From Calditrichia bacterium (GTDB lineage Bacteria > Calditrichota > Calditrichia > JAJRVZ01): a stretch of 64,000 bases of DNA. The stretch lies in assembly GCA_963796965.1 (NCBI GenBank), contig CAWCNS010000011.1:672001-736000 (forward strand), read 5' to 3'. Made by a program: the position numbers and the translations under genes. This document shows positions 19,965 to 30,552 of the stretch, in pieces. The notes below the pieces were generated by a model, which saw only the letters and a list, made by a program, of their open reading frames with translations, did no database searches and was not told the origin of the DNA. The number at the start of each line of letters is the position of its first letter. Within the stretch, counting starts at the first letter, position 1.

Positions 19965-20683
19965 GCTTCACTTTCATTATAATGGGGATCATAATTATCA
20001 ATGATAAACTGCCGGACCTGGTCGCTTAGTTTGTCCCGGTCTTGATAACTAAAGGCACGCGTATCGATTGGATCACCAAAAACCATTTTTAACTTCCCTG
20101 GTTTCACCCCCATACTTTTTTTACGTAATATAAACCGGCTGCCGGAAACAGAGACCGGTATAATCGGAATTTGACCCTTTAATGCCAGAACAAACCCGCC
20201 TTTCTTAAAATCCTTTATTACACCATCTTCGCTGCGTGTTCCTTCCGGAAAAACAACAACCGAAACACCCTTTCTAATCTTTTCAAGTGCCTCATTCATG
20301 GAAGCAATTGACTTTCTCCTGTCGGAACGGTCGATCCTTACGGTCCCTGTAGCAGCCAGGGCCCACCCAAAAATGGGGATTTTATATAATTCTGCCTTGG
20401 CCATAAACCGGGCTGTTAACGGCAAAGCAGTAAAGATAGCAAATACATCAAAATGGCTCTGATGGTTGCCAATAAAAATATAACTTTTTGTTCTGTCAAT
20501 TTTCTCCAAACCATCAATTTCTAATTTCACTCCCGCTGCAAAAAGAATCGAACCGGTCCAGGCTTTTGCAAAAAAATTGATTATCCTGGAATAGGGTCCG
20601 AAGACGCTAAAAATGACACAAAAGGTGGAAACTAAAAAAGTTGAGACTACGACTGTAATCATTGTAAAAATAGCGCGAAACAT
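19961..20683 (-). CDS. plsC: 1-acyl-sn-glycerol-3-phosphate acyltransferase
   Basis: NHQSHFD, FMAKAEL, FPEGTRS, FKKGGF. Confidence 0.92.
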   Translation of the reverse strand: MFRAIFTMITVVVSTFLVSTFCVIFSVFGPYSRIINFFAKAWTGSILFAAGVKLEIDGLEKIDRTKSYIFIGNHQSHFDVFAIFTALPLTARFMAKAELYKIPIFGWALAATGTVRIDRSDRRKSIASMNEALEKIRKGVSVVVFPEGTRSEDGVIKDFKKGGFVLALKGQIPIIPVSVSGSRFILRKKSMGVKPGKLKMVFGDPIDTRAFSYQDRDKLSDQVRQFIIDNYDPHYNESEA

Positions 20684-21963
20684 CACTTACTCCCTCTTAT
20701 CAGATCGCATCCATTGAGGTATGGCCGCAGTACTTCCGGGACAATGATGGTGCCTTCATCTGTCTGATTGATTTCAAGTAAGGATACCATCAGACGGGAA
20801 GTAGCAAGGCCGGAACCGTTAAGCGTATGAACAAATGTAAGAGATTTATCCTGTTCCTGTCGAAAACGAATATTGGCACGCCTGGCCTGAAAATCTTCAA
20901 AATTACTGACACTGGATGCTTCCAGCCATTTATTTTCTGCAGGTGACCAGGTCTCGATATCATAACATTTTGCCGCTGCAAAACTCAAGTCACCTGTCAC
21001 TAATGATAAGACGCGGTAGGGTATTTCAAGTAATTCTAAGATTTCTGTGGCTTCTTTAAGAATCCGTTCATGCGCCAGATAAGATTCTTCAGGGAGCGTA
21101 AAATTTACTAATTCTACCTTATTAAACTGATGAACACGCAGAAAACCCCGCGTATCTTTACCATAGGATCCAGCTTCACGGCGAAAACAGGCTGAATATG
21201 CCACATATTTTAGAGGTAATTGATCAGCAGAAAGGATCTCATCCCTGTGCAGATTTGTAACCGGTACCTCTGCCGTGGGGATCAGAAAAAGATCGTCTTT
21301 TTCTGCGAGATACATATCTTCTTCTAATTTGGGCAGCTGCCCAGTGCCATACATACTTGCCCGGTTAGCGAGAAATGGTGGAAATATTTCAGTATATCCA
21401 TTCTCGTATATATGGCGATCGAGCATAAAATTAATCAGGGCACGTTCTAATTGTGCACCCATGCCTTTATATACCGGAAAACCACTACCGCTGATTTTAC
21501 CTCCCCGTTTAAAATCAAGTATATCTAATTTCTCACCAAGGGTAAGATGATCCTGGACATCAAAATCAAATTGCGGTATTTTCCCCCATGTTTTTATTTC
21601 GACATTCTGATCACTGCTTTGGCCTTCAGGCGCTGATTCATGGGGCATATTGGGGATACGATCCAGTTCAATCTTCAATTGGGCATTTAGTCCCGCCAAT
21701 TTTTCATCCAGATCTTTAATATCGGCCGAGATATTTTTTGTTTTTTCGATCAGGGCCGCAGTATCCTTCTTTTCTTTTTTAAGTTGTGCAACCTGATTAC
21801 TATTCTCATTTCTTTCCTTCTTCAGCTGTTCAACCTTAAAGATAATTTCCCGTCTCTCTTTATCAATAGTGAGAAGTTGGTCAATATTCGCCTTTTCATT
21901 CTTTAGGCTTACTCCTTTTTTTACAAATTCAGGATTCTCCCTAATAAATTTTAAATCTAGCAT
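20683..21963 (-). CDS. serS: Serine--tRNA ligase
   Basis: MLDLKFIREN, LIPTAEVP, CFRREAGSYGKDTRG, HQFNKVE, HTLNGSGLA. Confidence 0.98.
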   Translation of the reverse strand: MLDLKFIRENPEFVKKGVSLKNEKANIDQLLTIDKERREIIFKVEQLKKERNENSNQVAQLKKEKKDTAALIEKTKNISADIKDLDEKLAGLNAQLKIELDRIPNMPHESAPEGQSSDQNVEIKTWGKIPQFDFDVQDHLTLGEKLDILDFKRGGKISGSGFPVYKGMGAQLERALINFMLDRHIYENGYTEIFPPFLANRASMYGTGQLPKLEEDMYLAEKDDLFLIPTAEVPVTNLHRDEILSADQLPLKYVAYSACFRREAGSYGKDTRGFLRVHQFNKVELVNFTLPEESYLAHERILKEATEILELLEIPYRVLSLVTGDLSFAAAKCYDIETWSPAENKWLEASSVSNFEDFQARRANIRFRQEQDKSLTFVHTLNGSGLATSRLMVSLLEINQTDEGTIIVPEVLRPYLNGCDLIRGSK

Positions 21964-21991
21964 GTATTTCCTTTTCGACTTTTATCTATAA

Positions 21992-22148
21992 ATAGAACAC
22001 GGATAACGCAGATGACGAGGATTTTCACGGATAAAAAATATTAAAAAACTTGAATAACAAATGGTAAAAAATATACCCAAAAAGATACTTTAAAATCTCT
22101 TATAAAAATCTAAGAAGATCCGTGTCATCCGCGTCATCCGCGTTCTAT
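21992..22148. repeat. Intergenic palindrome with ~41-bp arms of 9-nt periodicity (ACGCGGATG)
   Basis: Left arm atagaacacggataacgcagatgacgaggattttcacggat; reverse complement of right arm atagaacgcggatgacgcggatgacacggatcttcttagat; AT-rich spacer. Confidence 0.8.
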
Positions 22149-22207
22149 ATAAATTTGATATTATTACTTATCCGAAATTTACTGCAGAGATAATTGTGGA
22201 GCAAATA

Positions 22208-24298
22208 CTATCCTGATCCTTGAATTAGAGATTTTATGATGATTTCCAGATCTAACCAAATATTTTGATTCTTTAAATAGTACAATTCGTACTGTTCCCT
22301 CTCCTTATTTGACTCCAATCTGCTTTCATTAGATTGCAATAATCCAAAAAGACCAGGTTTGTAATAATAAATGGGTTGAATGTCTTTAATTATCCTAAAC
22401 GGAGCACCAACAAATGACAATCTTCCTTTAAAGATATAAATATGAAGTAACAGTTTATTTAATAATCCTGAAAATGGATTCTTCCAACTTTGTTTAATTG
22501 CCACTTTTTCACTGTTTTCCCCCCAAATATAAAAGGTTTTAAAAGATCTCCAGCGAATAAGTAATAGAATACTCCAGATTGGTAGTGTTATTAATAGGAC
22601 TATTACAGATCCTATAAGGTCAAAAGCCCTCTTTAAAATCCGATTATAAGGTTTACCAATTGCATAATCGATATCTAGTAATTGATAATCGGTAAATCTC
22701 TCAACGCTGGCTTTACCGATAATCACTTCCAGGTTTTGTGGTATAATTTTATATTCCACATTACTGCTGCCAATCATTGACATGGTTTTAATAATCGTCT
22801 CATAGGCAATGTTATGCGTGGAAAAAATTACCTGATCAACTTTTTCTAATCTGATATACTCCTTCATATTGTCAACAGTAGTTACAATAGGGACATTTTT
22901 AATTTTCTCGCCGACTTCTTTGGTAGATAAGGATACCAAACCTACTAAATCTATACCTGTTTTAACATGCTGCTTTATCTTCTCGATCAGGTTTTCTGTT
23001 CTTTTATCTGTGCCAACTAGAACTGTACGCCGCTTTAAAATATCTCTTCCCAGCGTACTCCCGGCACCCCTCCAGTATCGCCTAACCATAAGGCGCCAAA
23101 CCATCATCACCAACGTACTAAAAAATGCTGCAATAACCACTACCATTCGTGAAAATCCAAATTGTTTCATAAAGAAAGTCAGGGCGGAGAGAATAAAGAA
23201 TGTAGCAAAATTTGTTTTAAAAATTTTCACCAAAGAGAAACGATAGGTTTTGTACAGGTCCAAAGAAAAGGCCGCAATTGAAAAAATCATCGTTGCCAAC
23301 AGGTTGATGATGATATAGTGGTTAAAAAATTCATCAAAACTAAATCCTGACTTAAACTCAAATCTCACAATGAATGTCAGGAGTATCACCAGGTTTATTA
23401 AAAATATATCCAGCAGAAAAGAGAAATTTGAGATAATGCTATTCTTGATATAAATAAAAGTGCCGCGTAAAAATACGCCAAGCAATATTAACCAACCAAC
23501 AAGTGCAAAATACTTTTGATGAAAATGTTTTTTATAGAACAGGTAAAGGGAGCGATTAAAATTAATCACATAGTCGATGTTATTTTTTTTTGTACTCTCC
23601 CCTTTATAATGGATAAGGCTCGAATCCGGTACATAGTAAATTTTCCATCCTGACTGTGTAATCCGGTAACAATAGTCCACATCCTCACAATACATAAAAT
23701 AATCTTCATCCAATAGACCAACATCTTCATATGCGGCCCGGCGGATAAACATGAAAGAACCTGATATCGCATCCACCTGATTTATTTCGTTCTCATCAAG
23801 ATAGGTTAGGTTGTAGCGTGCAAAAGTTTTACTTTTAGGAAAGAGTTTGCTCAGGCCAATTTGTTTCCAGAAGGCTGTCATTGGAGTAGGTATGCTGTGG
23901 CGCGAGTCAATAGAAAAACTGCCATTCGGATTTAATATCTTACATGTAGCAGCCCCAGCATCCGGATGATCGCTCATAAAACTGATTAGAGATGTAAATG
24001 TATCTTCTTGTACAACCGTATCCGGATTGATAAGGACAATATATTCACCTGACGACTTTTGAATGGCAAGGTTGTTCGCAGCTGCAAAACCTACATTTGA
24101 TTTATTTTCGATGATCAATACTTCCGGGAAAGTATTCTTCAACATCTCCACTGATCCATCTACAGATGCATTATCAACTACAAATATCTCTGCGGATATA
24201 TCCTGGAGTGCTCTTTGTATTGATTCAAGAGCATGCATAAGGAAATCACGTACGTTGTAGTTAACAATAATTATGGAGACTAAATTTTTTTCTGACAT
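22208..24298 (-). CDS. GT2 glycosyltransferase fused to TM bundle, CoA-binding-like Rossmann domain and degenerate sugar-transferase (monoPGT) domain
   Basis: SIIIVNYN, VDNASVDGS, NVGFAAANN, LINPD, YFMYCEDVDYC, HYKGES; C-terminal KRAFDL...FKGRLSFVG...KPGLFG...YYLKNQNIWLDLEII. Confidence 0.85.
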   Translation of the reverse strand: MSEKNLVSIIIVNYNVRDFLMHALESIQRALQDISAEIFVVDNASVDGSVEMLKNTFPEVLIIENKSNVGFAAANNLAIQKSSGEYIVLINPDTVVQEDTFTSLISFMSDHPDAGAATCKILNPNGSFSIDSRHSIPTPMTAFWKQIGLSKLFPKSKTFARYNLTYLDENEINQVDAISGSFMFIRRAAYEDVGLLDEDYFMYCEDVDYCYRITQSGWKIYYVPDSSLIHYKGESTKKNNIDYVINFNRSLYLFYKKHFHQKYFALVGWLILLGVFLRGTFIYIKNSIISNFSFLLDIFLINLVILLTFIVRFEFKSGFSFDEFFNHYIIINLLATMIFSIAAFSLDLYKTYRFSLVKIFKTNFATFFILSALTFFMKQFGFSRMVVVIAAFFSTLVMMVWRLMVRRYWRGAGSTLGRDILKRRTVLVGTDKRTENLIEKIKQHVKTGIDLVGLVSLSTKEVGEKIKNVPIVTTVDNMKEYIRLEKVDQVIFSTHNIAYETIIKTMSMIGSSNVEYKIIPQNLEVIIGKASVERFTDYQLLDIDYAIGKPYNRILKRAFDLIGSVIVLLITLPIWSILLLIRWRSFKTFYIWGENSEKVAIKQSWKNPFSGLLNKLLLHIYIFKGRLSFVGAPFRIIKDIQPIYYYKPGLFGLLQSNESRLESNKEREQYELYYLKNQNIWLDLEIIIKSLIQGSG

Positions 24299-24402
24299 TT
24301 TATAGTTTATTTGCTAGTAAACAATCAACCCGCCCAATTATTAGTCACAGAGGGTACAGAGATAACTTTTTGATAGAACAATAATTATTAATTGGCAATT
24401 TC

Positions 24403-26841
24403 TTACCGCGTAAGCCTGATAAAATACCTGGCAATTGCCCGAACAATAATTCTAAGATCAAATCCCAGAGACATATTCTCCAGATAAAACAGATCCTGGC
24501 GAAATTGTTCTGTTTTCATCTCAAACTTGGATGAGGCCGGTACTCTCAATTGCGCCCAGCCTGTGATACCGGGTCGGATCATAAATCGTCTGTTATAAAA
24601 ACGAATCTTTAACTTCAGTTTATCTACGATATCTCTCGGCTCCGCATTTGGCCCAACAACAGACATGGAACCGATTATAACATTTAATAAATTAGGAAAA
24701 TAGTGGAGTTTCAGCTTTTTTAGATAGATTTCAAACTTTTCCCGACCTTCACCTGTATTGAACTGTACCAAACCAAAAATTCTTCCATTGCGACCCACAC
24801 GATCGTGAATTTTAAAAATGGGTTGAATGCCCATGGTCATTTGAAAAAGAATGACAATTAAAAATATAGGAGATAGTATGATTAACATTATAAATGCAAA
24901 TCCAAAATCTATTATCCGCTTTGCTAACCACTGCCAGGGAAGCATATGTTCAGGAAAAAGTCGAATCAAAGGATGTCCAAGAACTTCTTCAGTCTTCAAT
25001 CCGGAAATAACATCATACATCTCCGGAATCACTTTAAAGGAGACGCGTAGGTTTTCTCCCTGTGCAACAATATTGAGTATTTCATCAGGAGATTGATTGT
25101 CAATGGCAATAATAACTTCTGCAATACCTCTGTTACGGATAATTTTTGATATTTGTTTATACGTCCCCAGATAAGGTAGATTGTCAATTTTTTTCTCAGG
25201 TCGGGATTTAGCCACAAATCCAATTATATGATAGAGCAGATGTGGATTTCTTTCAATCTCATCTATTATTCTGAGCGCCTTTTTATCAGAGCCAACTAAA
25301 AGTGTATTATGGGGTGCATATTCTAACAAAGCCAGTTTTTTTTCAACAGAGATTATAAATAATCTTCCGGCATTGACAAGCAACATTAAGATAATGGCAT
25401 AGATGAGAATATTTAGACGTGCTACACTAAAAATTCTCCCTGGATCAAGTGTAATTATGAATAGAATAAATGCGCCAAATAATATAACACGACTTACACG
25501 GATCACGTTATCAAAACGGGAAACATCCCAGCGCATGCTATAAAGTCCATTTAAAATGAAAAGAAAGATAAAAAAACTGGTCGCAAGTAACCAAATGCCT
25601 GAGTTGAAATAATAATCTAATGAGAGAAATGTTGGATTATCAAAAAGACCGGAATGGAATCTAATTATATAAGTAAAAATTAAGGACAGGTTAAGCATTA
25701 TAACATCTGATATTGCCAGAGAAAACTTATGCCAGATTCGCCTCATCGAAAGAGGTGCCATCTCTTTTTTCACTTCAATTATCTCTTGTTCACCCACATA
25801 TGTTTTAATCTTCTGTGCTTCTAAATAACCCAATCTATAGAGACTAAAAATAGCTATGATGAATATAAGTAGAACAATCAACCCGCCAATCAAACCGGTT
25901 TCAGTGGCAATTAAATAAGCAGCCAGACCAAATAAAAAACTGAAGAGAAAAATAATATGAACAGCCTGGCGGTGGGATAATCCAAGGAATAACAAACGAT
26001 GATGCAGGTGGTCTTTATCGGGACTGAAAGGATGCTGTCCTTTATTTAAACGCCTGAAGAAGGCGAGAGCGGTGTCACCAATCGGTACAGCCAGAGTAAT
26101 AATTGGCACCAGTAAGGCAATATTCCCCTCTGACTTTTGCAATCCCTTTACCGATAGTGCAGCAATTAGAAATCCGAGAAAAAGTGACCCCGTATCACCC
26201 ATAAAAATGCTGGCTGGATGATAATTGAAATACAGGAAACCAAGGATACCACCAATAAAAGCAATGCAAATGGCAAAGGTCATCCAATCCTGTTGCTGAT
26301 AAGCTAGGACAGAGAATGTTGCCAGGGCAATCAAACTGACTCCGGCAGCCAATCCATCAAGTCCATCCAAAAGATTGATAGCATTCGTAATACCAATAAG
26401 CCATAAATAGGTGATTGGAATCGAGAATAATCCTAATTGAATTGGATCACCAAAAGGATTTATGATTGTTTCAATTTTACAACCAGAGTAAATAACAATT
26501 GTAGAGGCAACCAATTGTAAAATAAATTTTTCCCGCGCTTTCAAACCTTTTGTATCATCAATAATGCCTGAAGCAAGCATCAACAATGCCCCGGTAAGAA
26601 TACCTGCATACTTAAGAGTAAACATATTCCAATAGTATTCTTTCCAGGTTAAAGCAACCAATAAACCAAATGCCCCTCCAATGAAAATACCAAGACCTCC
26701 CATGTGCGGGATAAAGCCCGTATGAACCTTGCGTTTATTTGGAACAGTGCCTATTCCATTTTTTATTGCCAGATGACGGGTGCCATAGGTAGAAAGAAAA
26801 CCGAGGACAATCGATATAGCGAGTATAATATAACTTTCCAT
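24403..26841 (-). CDS. wecA: WecA/MraY-family undecaprenyl-P GlcNAc-1-P transferase fused to a WbaP/WcaJ-like module (TMs, Rossmann domain, degenerate monoPGT)
   Basis: RKVH...PHMGG, GIIDD, NAINLLDGLDGLA, FNYHPASIFMGDTGS, DKDHLHH; then KRIIDF...RVGRNG...MSVVGP...RPGITGWAQ...DLFYLENMSLGFDLRII. Confidence 0.85.
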   Translation of the reverse strand: MESYIILAISIVLGFLSTYGTRHLAIKNGIGTVPNKRKVHTGFIPHMGGLGIFIGGAFGLLVALTWKEYYWNMFTLKYAGILTGALLMLASGIIDDTKGLKAREKFILQLVASTIVIYSGCKIETIINPFGDPIQLGLFSIPITYLWLIGITNAINLLDGLDGLAAGVSLIALATFSVLAYQQQDWMTFAICIAFIGGILGFLYFNYHPASIFMGDTGSLFLGFLIAALSVKGLQKSEGNIALLVPIITLAVPIGDTALAFFRRLNKGQHPFSPDKDHLHHRLLFLGLSHRQAVHIIFLFSFLFGLAAYLIATETGLIGGLIVLLIFIIAIFSLYRLGYLEAQKIKTYVGEQEIIEVKKEMAPLSMRRIWHKFSLAISDVIMLNLSLIFTYIIRFHSGLFDNPTFLSLDYYFNSGIWLLATSFFIFLFILNGLYSMRWDVSRFDNVIRVSRVILFGAFILFIITLDPGRIFSVARLNILIYAIILMLLVNAGRLFIISVEKKLALLEYAPHNTLLVGSDKKALRIIDEIERNPHLLYHIIGFVAKSRPEKKIDNLPYLGTYKQISKIIRNRGIAEVIIAIDNQSPDEILNIVAQGENLRVSFKVIPEMYDVISGLKTEEVLGHPLIRLFPEHMLPWQWLAKRIIDFGFAFIMLIILSPIFLIVILFQMTMGIQPIFKIHDRVGRNGRIFGLVQFNTGEGREKFEIYLKKLKLHYFPNLLNVIIGSMSVVGPNAEPRDIVDKLKLKIRFYNRRFMIRPGITGWAQLRVPASSKFEMKTEQFRQDLFYLENMSLGFDLRIIVRAIARYFIRLTR

Positions 26842-26948
26842 AATACCTTTAACATAAAATTATTCAAATACATCTTGTATACACAAGACAATAGGAATCA
26901 CATGTATAAATAGTACCAACAGTATAACAAATTTGACAAATTCAATTG

Positions 26949-29090
26949 CTATCGAACGAGTAATAGTTTTTTAATGTATTTTTTATTCACCGATGATGCA
27001 ACGAAAAAGTAATGACCAGTCGAGACAGATTCACCTCTATCATTTTGACCATTCCAAATAAAAACATAATTGTTATCGTTTTGACTATTTTCTGGCTTAA
27101 ATGTACGTATTTTCTGACCCAAAACATTGTGAATCGTAAAGACAATCTTATTCTTATTCTCTCTGTCTGGAATCTTCAATTTTATTTTTATTTGAGAATT
27201 GAACGGATTCGGATAGGCAATAAAAGTGCTATCTCCATCTGTTTCGGTCAGGGACTCGTTGATTGATGTTAGTAATTCTGTTTCGTCTAAACAATCATAA
27301 CAAACCTCTCCACCACGACTAGGTTCCAAACATAAAAAGGCGGTATATTGTGAAAGAATTCTTTCATCTATACTATAATCAATAATTTCACTCACGATAT
27401 CATTTCTTGGCGTTTGGGCTTCAAGTGATTGAATCTGGTTTCCCGCCCAAATGGTTGAACCTAATGAATCACAAGCCTGGATAGCACTTTCTTCAATTTT
27501 AATTTGCTGAGAGAAAACATCGGAGAAATATACTCCCGAGGCTTCAATTATGAACGGCAGGGTACCTCTGTATTTACCCACTTGTAAAATCGGACGATTA
27601 AGATAGATAGAGTTGGATTCTTCTCTAAGATAAAACCGGCCATAACAAAATCCATCCTGAACTTTCGTATGTAGGTCAAAAGAAGTAATAAATCCACTCA
27701 ATGAATAAAAGGCTGAGCTGGTTAATTCAGAAAATGATAAACCGGAACGGGCATAAAAATAATTGCCCGTTGTTAATCTTGTTATATTTGTATAGAAGTA
27801 CTCATTACCATAATAATATCTCCCTCCAATATACCGCACTGAAAAGTTAAATTGTTGAAAATCAGCTACATGCAGCGGCAATGGTGTCTCCATCAAATCC
27901 ATCAAATCATCAATGAGCTGGTTGGCCATTTCAAAGTCACCAACTTGATCCGAATTTGAGATAAGAACCAGACTGGCATCATTTCCGTGCTCGTTTATAA
28001 ATTCAATGCCATTTGCCAGTAGCGAGGGTAGATTGCTGTAGCTGGCAAGGTCATCTTCACTGAGTTGATTAAATGTATTTTCTATTGTCATTGAATCAGC
28101 AGGTAACCAGGAATCACTGATTCTATAGGTTTTTACTGTGAGAAAATAAGATTAAATGAATCTGTTGCTGCAAAATTTGCATGAAGGAGAGATTTTGTGG
28201 TTGAAAGAATTTCGTTTTTAGTAACCTCACTTTTTGAGGCATCGTAATCAAATAAAATTACAACCTTATATGCAGAGGATAGATCCAAAGCCTGCGATGG
28301 CAGGATAGCTGCTTGATAGTATCCGCCATCTTCCGTTTTATAATGATTCAGAAACACGCCATTGTTAAAAGGCGCATCAACCGAAAAGTGTAGATTACTA
28401 TATATTGATTCTTGAGGGATATCAAGACGTAAATAATTTCCAAAAAGAGAGTCGTATTCACTTTTAAATGTTAAGTCTGAAAATTCAATTATTTTGGGAT
28501 TTTTCCAAAATTCATCCAACCAGGTTAGGAAATAGAAATTTTCCAAATTATATTTTGAGGTTCTAAGCAAATTTGTCGGCAGAGAAGCAATTACTTCATT
28601 TGTATTCCATTGGGTTGGTACTAAATATGTGATTTTTACTTTGCGGGTTTCTTCTCCGGCCATTGGGAATATTCGGAGTTCATATGATCGCGGCCCAATC
28701 TTATAAAGTATGGATGGATCCCTCCTTCTTTTAACAATATCTTCATAAATTGATTGGGCGGTCCACTTATCCATGATTTCACCCCTGATAATCTCATCTT
28801 CTATCCACAGCCAGGAATCATGGACAATTGAACCTTCAGGCAAATCAAACTTAAACTGAACTTCGAGCGTATCAGAATTTGAAAAATTTAATCCTCTTGC
28901 TGAAAATGTTAAATATAAACCACATTCCATATATAATCCACGGGGTTTAACAGATATAACAGACTTCTTCTATAGTTCCGGTCCCCCCTCTCCATCCCCT
29001 CGGATCACTCACATATAATCTGTCATAAGCATGGCTGATGTTGAACAAAAAAAGTAAGATCAATCCTATCAATCTAAAATTTGCATTCAT
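26949..29090 (-). CDS. Secreted VIT / vWA-like protein with T9SS-like C-terminal domain (frameshifts near 28965 and 28135)
   Basis: SD GGAGGAG and ATG 29090, signal peptide MNANFRLIGLILLFLFNISHA. VIT motifs LEVQFKFDLPEGS, YEDIVKRRRDPSIL, LRIFPM; vWA-like VVILFD and LVLISNSD; ILSQYTAFLCLE; AYPNPFNS...WNGQNDRGESVSTGHYF...KKLLLVR. Confidence 0.75.
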
Positions 29091-29172
29091 GATGATCTCC
29101 TCCAAATTAAAGAGCAATATGCAAGCAAAAAATCAAATTTAGTATCTGAGGACTCTGAGTAAACGCGTAATT

Positions 29173-30408
29173 TCATTTTGGTGCGTTTATTAATTTTTCT
29201 ATTAACTTCAGATATTGATCTGCTAATTCATTTCGATCAAAATGCTTTTCAACATAATTTCGACCGTTTTTACCAAGAGAGACAGCATATGCCTGATCTT
29301 TTTTTATCAAAAGGATTTGCTTCGCTAAGTCCTGAGGATTTTCTGGTAATACGGCAATGCCGGCCTTAGCATCTTTGACAACAAGATTTTTGGATTCTCC
29401 TTCTACACTTATCAGAATTGGCTTAGCCATCGCCATAATCTCAAATATTTTTGAGGGTATTACACATTTAAAGAGGGGCAAATTTCTCAATGTTACCAGT
29501 ACTGCGTCACTCGCAGCATAGTAATGAGGTAAATCATCTTTAGAAATCTGATCAATAAATTTTACATTTTTGAGGTTTAACTGCTTGGCTTGCCGGATTA
29601 AATTATTTTTTTCGGCACCTTCTCCAATAAAAAGGAACTTAATTAGAGGTTGATCCTTTAAGAGTTCTGCTGTTCTAAGCACAGAGTCCAGAGCATGCGA
29701 CAATCCGTGGGTTCCGATATAAGATATGATAAAATTGTTTTGTGAATTCAATCCGCGCCTTACCTCTGCCCCATCACAGAGATGATTAAACAGTTCCAGA
29801 TCAACGCCATTTTTGATTATACTGATCTTATTCGCCGGGACACCTCGTTTTGTTAATATCTCTACTGTAGAGTCAGCTACTCCCACAATATGAATAGCCT
29901 TGTGGTAAAGAAACATTTCGATTGCTTCGAGCATTTTAATAATTAATCTATTTTTTAACAGACCTAATTGAATAATCGATTCCGGCCAAAGATCGCGAAC
30001 TTCAAATATGAATGGAACATTTTTTAAACGGCTTATAGCATACCCGGCGATACCGACAAAAAACTGAGGACTTGAAGCAATAATAATATCTTGTTTGCCG
30101 CTCTGAGAGGCACCCTGTATTATACTGGAAAGCATGAAAGACATGTCACTTAATATACGCTTGAAAAAGCCTTCATTTGGTGTGGCATAAACATAGGTAC
30201 GAATAACTGAAATCCCCTCCCGGGACTCACGCATGAAGGATTTTCCACGATATTCGGGAGGTATAATCCCTGTGGGGTGATGGGGGAAGCCTGTAATTAC
30301 TGAAACTTCTGCACCTTTTTTTGCCCAACGGCGGGATAGCTCAAATATTCTCGCCGAAGGTGCTCCCATTTCAGGAGGAAAGTATTGTGATAAATACAGG
30401 ATTTTAAT
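29173..30408 (-). CDS. GT4 glycosyltransferase (WbuB-like); probable ATT start
   Basis: Frame extends upstream of the track ATG as IKILYLSQYFPPEMGAP; EVRDLWPES, YIGTHGLSHAL, PSKIFEIMAM. Confidence 0.85.
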   Translation of the reverse strand: MKILYLSQYFPPEMGAPSARIFELSRRWAKKGAEVSVITGFPHHPTGIIPPEYRGKSFMRESREGISVIRTYVYATPNEGFFKRILSDMSFMLSSIIQGASQSGKQDIIIASSPQFFVGIAGYAISRLKNVPFIFEVRDLWPESIIQLGLLKNRLIIKMLEAIEMFLYHKAIHIVGVADSTVEILTKRGVPANKISIIKNGVDLELFNHLCDGAEVRRGLNSQNNFIISYIGTHGLSHALDSVLRTAELLKDQPLIKFLFIGEGAEKNNLIRQAKQLNLKNVKFIDQISKDDLPHYYAASDAVLVTLRNLPLFKCVIPSKIFEIMAMAKPILISVEGESKNLVVKDAKAGIAVLPENPQDLAKQILLIKKDQAYAVSLGKNGRNYVEKHFDRNELADQYLKLIEKLINAPK

Positions 30409-30552
30409 TATTACGATCCTTTAATATATTTTTGTTTTTAGAAATCACTTAAAAGAAGGTTTTAAATCTAAGAAATAATTTTGATTTATGTTACCTATAT
30501 TTGAACAAATAAATCGTGATAAATATCACGCAAAGGGTGAACACAAGAGATA

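Noticed and set aside
21992..22148. Possible CRISPR array or T-box upstream of serS
   Set aside because: Units are 9-nt tandem repeats in inverted arms with no unique spacers, no cas genes are present, and no T-box consensus was seen.
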